NCBI GenBank assembly: GCA_044222185.1
Contig: JBGANV010000013.1
Span: 1 to 64,000, forward strand
DNA length: 64,000 nt
Direction: 5' to 3'
From: Planctomycetota bacterium
GTDB taxonomy: Bacteria > Planctomycetota > GCA-002687715 > CAIWVZ01
The position numbers and the translations under genes were made by a program. The stretch's first letter is position 1. Each line of letters begins with the position of its first letter. Positions 61,639-64,000 of this stretch are shown one piece after another. The notes beneath the pieces are model-generated. The model was not told where the DNA came from. It saw only the letters and a program-made list of their open reading frames with translations, and did no database searches.

Positions 61639-64000
61639 ACCTGCACCTCCTCCAAGCGAACGCCCTGCGCGAAGGCCTCGTCTTCCGGAGTGCTCCGGCA
61701 GCGTGGGTGATCTGGCTCGTGATCGTTCCCGCCGTGATCCTCTTCGCATGGTTCTTCTACAGGATGAGCGGCGATGCCTCGTCACTGGTGCGGCGCATCC
61801 TCACGGGCCTTCGCGTGCTCGTGATGGCCTTCGTGATCGCTCTCCTCATGAACCCGTCGACGGAGACGCAGCTCGTCGACCGACAGAAGACGCTGGCCAT
61901 CGTCATGTTCGACGTTTCCGCGTCGATGGATCATCACGACGATTACGAGACGTCCGCCGAACTCGCCCAGCAGACCCGCACGGCGGCTGCTCTCCCGACC
62001 GACGCCCCGCTCGCGCTGAAGTCACGCCTCGATCTCGTGAAAGCCGTGCTCGACCGGCAGGACCGCAAGTTCCTCGACAAACTCGCCCAGGACCACGAGG
62101 TTCGGGTGTACGCCTTCAGTGAAGCGCTCCAGGGATTGCCGACGGGGGTGTCGGAGCTCGAAGCCCGCGGACGCTCGACGGCGCTCGGCTCGGCCCTCGA
62201 ACGCGTTCTGGAAGAGCCGGAAGTGAAGAGCCGACCCGTCGGCGGGATCGTCGTCATCACGGACGGCAAGAACACCTCTGGCCCGCCGCCGGACTCCGCG
62301 GCCGAGATCGCCGGTCGCCGGAAGATCCCGATCCACACCGTGGGCGTCGGTGACCCGCGCGCCATGCGCGACATCGAACTCGTGACCTTGCGCGCCGACT
62401 CGGTCGTCCTCGTCGACGACGAGATGGTGCTCGACTTGAAGGTTCGCAATCACGGGTTTCCCACCTCTCCCGTGGAAGTGCGCCTCAGCGACACCAAGGA
62501 CAACACGGTCTTCTTCCGCGAGATGAAGACGCTGGCCGAATCCGACGAGGACCAACTCCTCCAGATCCGCTACCGGCCGACGAAGGTCGGCGACCAGCAG
62601 TGGCGCGTCGAGGTGAAGCCGCTCCCCGGCGAACACAGCACGGACAACAACTCGAAGATCCACGAAGTCCGCGTCCGCAGCAGCAAGCTCACGGTCCTGT
62701 ACGTCGATGGGTATCCGCGCTGGGAGTACCGCAAGCTCAAGAACTTCCTGAAGCGCGCGGACGAGGCCTTCGACGCCTACTGCCTCTTGCAGTCGGCCGA
62801 ACCGCAGTTCATACAGGAGGCGTCCGAGAAGCTCCACCCGCTCACGGAGTTCCCCCAGACCGAGGCGGAGTTGATGAAGTTCGACGTCGTCCTCTTCGGC
62901 GACGTCGACCCCAACGACCGCGAGTACCTCGCGGCCGACACCGAGAAGCGCAAGAAGATCTTCGAGAACATCAAGAAGTTCGTCGAGAACGGCGGCGGGT
63001 TCGGGATGATCGCCGGTGCCAACTCGGCGCCACGAGCATTCAAGGACACGCCCATCGAGGACATCCTCCCGGTCGTCGTCGACCCGACGGAGGAGGCGCG
63101 TGGCCCGCGGGAGTACGTCACGACGTTCAAGCCCAAGCTCACGGTGCTCGGACGCCAGCACCCCATCATGCAGATCGAGGGTGACCCAGAGCGCAACGTC
63201 GCCTTGTGGGAACGCGAGGACACGGAGGTCCCGGGCTTCTATTGGTTCTCACGCATCAAGAAGGAGAAGCCGGGTGCGCGGGTTCTTGCGGTCCACCCGA
63301 CGGAGCGCAACGAGCACGGCGCCTACCCGATCTTCGTGAGCGGCACCTACGGCAAGGGCCCCGTGCTCTTCTGCGGCGTCGACGAGATGTGGCGCTGGTT
63401 CTATCTGAACGGCCCCATCTACGCGCATCGCTTCTGGGGCAACATGGTCCGCTACCTCGGTCGTGCGCGGCTCTATTCCGGCGACAAGCGTTTCCAGCTC
63501 ACCGCGAACCGCTCGCGCTACGAGGTGGGCGATCGAATCACGCTCACGGCGTACATCAAGGAGAACGACTACCGGCCTTCGGGCAAACCCGAACAGGAGA
63601 TCACGCTTCGCTCGCCGGCCGGCGGGGGCAGCGACCAGCGGTTGTTCCTGAAGCAGCTCGAGCCCGGGGTCTTCCAGCGCTCACTCGCTGCGACGGACAT
63701 CGGCGACTACCAAGCGTGGATCCTTCCCGAAGACAGCGTCTCGGACGACAAGATCTCCCCGGTCAGCTTCACGGTTTCGCTCTCGGACGTGGAACGGCGC
63801 GAGCCGATCCTGGATGAAGCCGCTCTCCGCGCGATCTCGAAGAAGTCGGGTGGGCGCTACGTGCCGCTTTCCCAGATCGATTCGGTTCTCGATGCAGTGG
63901 GCGCGGAAACCGTGGAAATCCCCCGCCGCCGCGAGTTCCGGGACCTGCGCAAGGAGCCGTGGCTCCCGGCTCTGTTCCTGATCCTCATCACGTGCGAGTG
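61635..64000 (+). CDS. vWA plus glutamine-amidotransferase-like membrane protein (runs off the window)
   Basis: GTGA overlap with the upstream gene; DVSASM, ITDG, YPRWEYRKL and EMWRW; no stop before the window end. Confidence 0.88.
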   Translation, partial: MNLHLLQANALREGLVFRSAPAAWVIWLVIVPAVILFAWFFYRMSGDASSLVRRILTGLRVLVMAFVIALLMNPSTETQLVDRQKTLAIVMFDVSASMDHHDDYETSAELAQQTRTAAALPTDAPLALKSRLDLVKAVLDRQDRKFLDKLAQDHEVRVYAFSEALQGLPTGVSELEARGRSTALGSALERVLEEPEVKSRPVGGIVVITDGKNTSGPPPDSAAEIAGRRKIPIHTVGVGDPRAMRDIELVTLRADSVVLVDDEMVLDLKVRNHGFPTSPVEVRLSDTKDNTVFFREMKTLAESDEDQLLQIRYRPTKVGDQQWRVEVKPLPGEHSTDNNSKIHEVRVRSSKLTVLYVDGYPRWEYRKLKNFLKRADEAFDAYCLLQSAEPQFIQEASEKLHPLTEFPQTEAELMKFDVVLFGDVDPNDREYLAADTEKRKKIFENIKKFVENGGGFGMIAGANSAPRAFKDTPIEDILPVVVDPTEEARGPREYVTTFKPKLTVLGRQHPIMQIEGDPERNVALWEREDTEVPGFYWFSRIKKEKPGARVLAVHPTERNEHGAYPIFVSGTYGKGPVLFCGVDEMWRWFYLNGPIYAHRFWGNMVRYLGRARLYSGDKRFQLTANRSRYEVGDRITLTAYIKENDYRPSGKPEQEITLRSPAGGGSDQRLFLKQLEPGVFQRSLAATDIGDYQAWILPEDSVSDDKISPVSFTVSLSDVERREPILDEAALRAISKKSGGRYVPLSQIDSVLDAVGAETVEIPRRREFRDLRKEPWLPALFLILITCE

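Noticed and set aside
57434-64000. MoxR-DUF58-BatA-vWA cluster as a novel system
   Set aside because: A well-known conserved cluster, common in Planctomycetota.

Overview
High-GC bacterial window. The Planctomycetota assignment is inferred from the MoxR/DUF58/BatA-vWA cluster, the IS types and a C-terminal domain style. Positions ~40.9-64 kb are host core genome: tRNA-fMet, aroK, aroD-aroE, ispE, glycosyltransferases, panC, folK, pssA, psd, eno, ftsB-like, dodecin and moxR-vWA. Positions 1-40.8 kb are a tandem array of at least three related large-serine-recombinase (LSR) elements stacked just downstream of tRNA-fMet. The complete element (~5174-40807) carries ~21 kb of copper/heavy-metal cargo: two multicopper oxidases, a CusCBA-type pump, a second TolC, duplicated YHS-like/His-tail proteins, a Met/Gly-loop protein and a CDF-like transporter. 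It also has a ~14 kb satellite-like backbone with no capsid, large terminase or conjugation genes. That backbone encodes a ParB-methyltransferase, four small-terminase-like HTH genes, a tyrosine recombinase with a stand-alone core-binding-domain partner, a DUF3854/AAA_25 primase-helicase, a SpoVG-like gene and the LSR. Main observations: (1) the att site lies inside the LSR gene, so integration appears to swap a conserved hydrophobic C-terminal tail for a tRNA-antisense tail; (2) a two-gene QatB/QatC-like module, pairing a Gly2-initiated protein with a QueC-family enzyme fused to an HTH, is a candidate minimal defence system; (3) a one-gene cassette is bracketed by the tyrosine recombinase 3' end and a dead copy of it; (4) a ~50-bp palindrome occurs four times and an ACCTCCAAG leader motif links the backbone modules. 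All family assignments come from motif recognition by eye; no searches were run.
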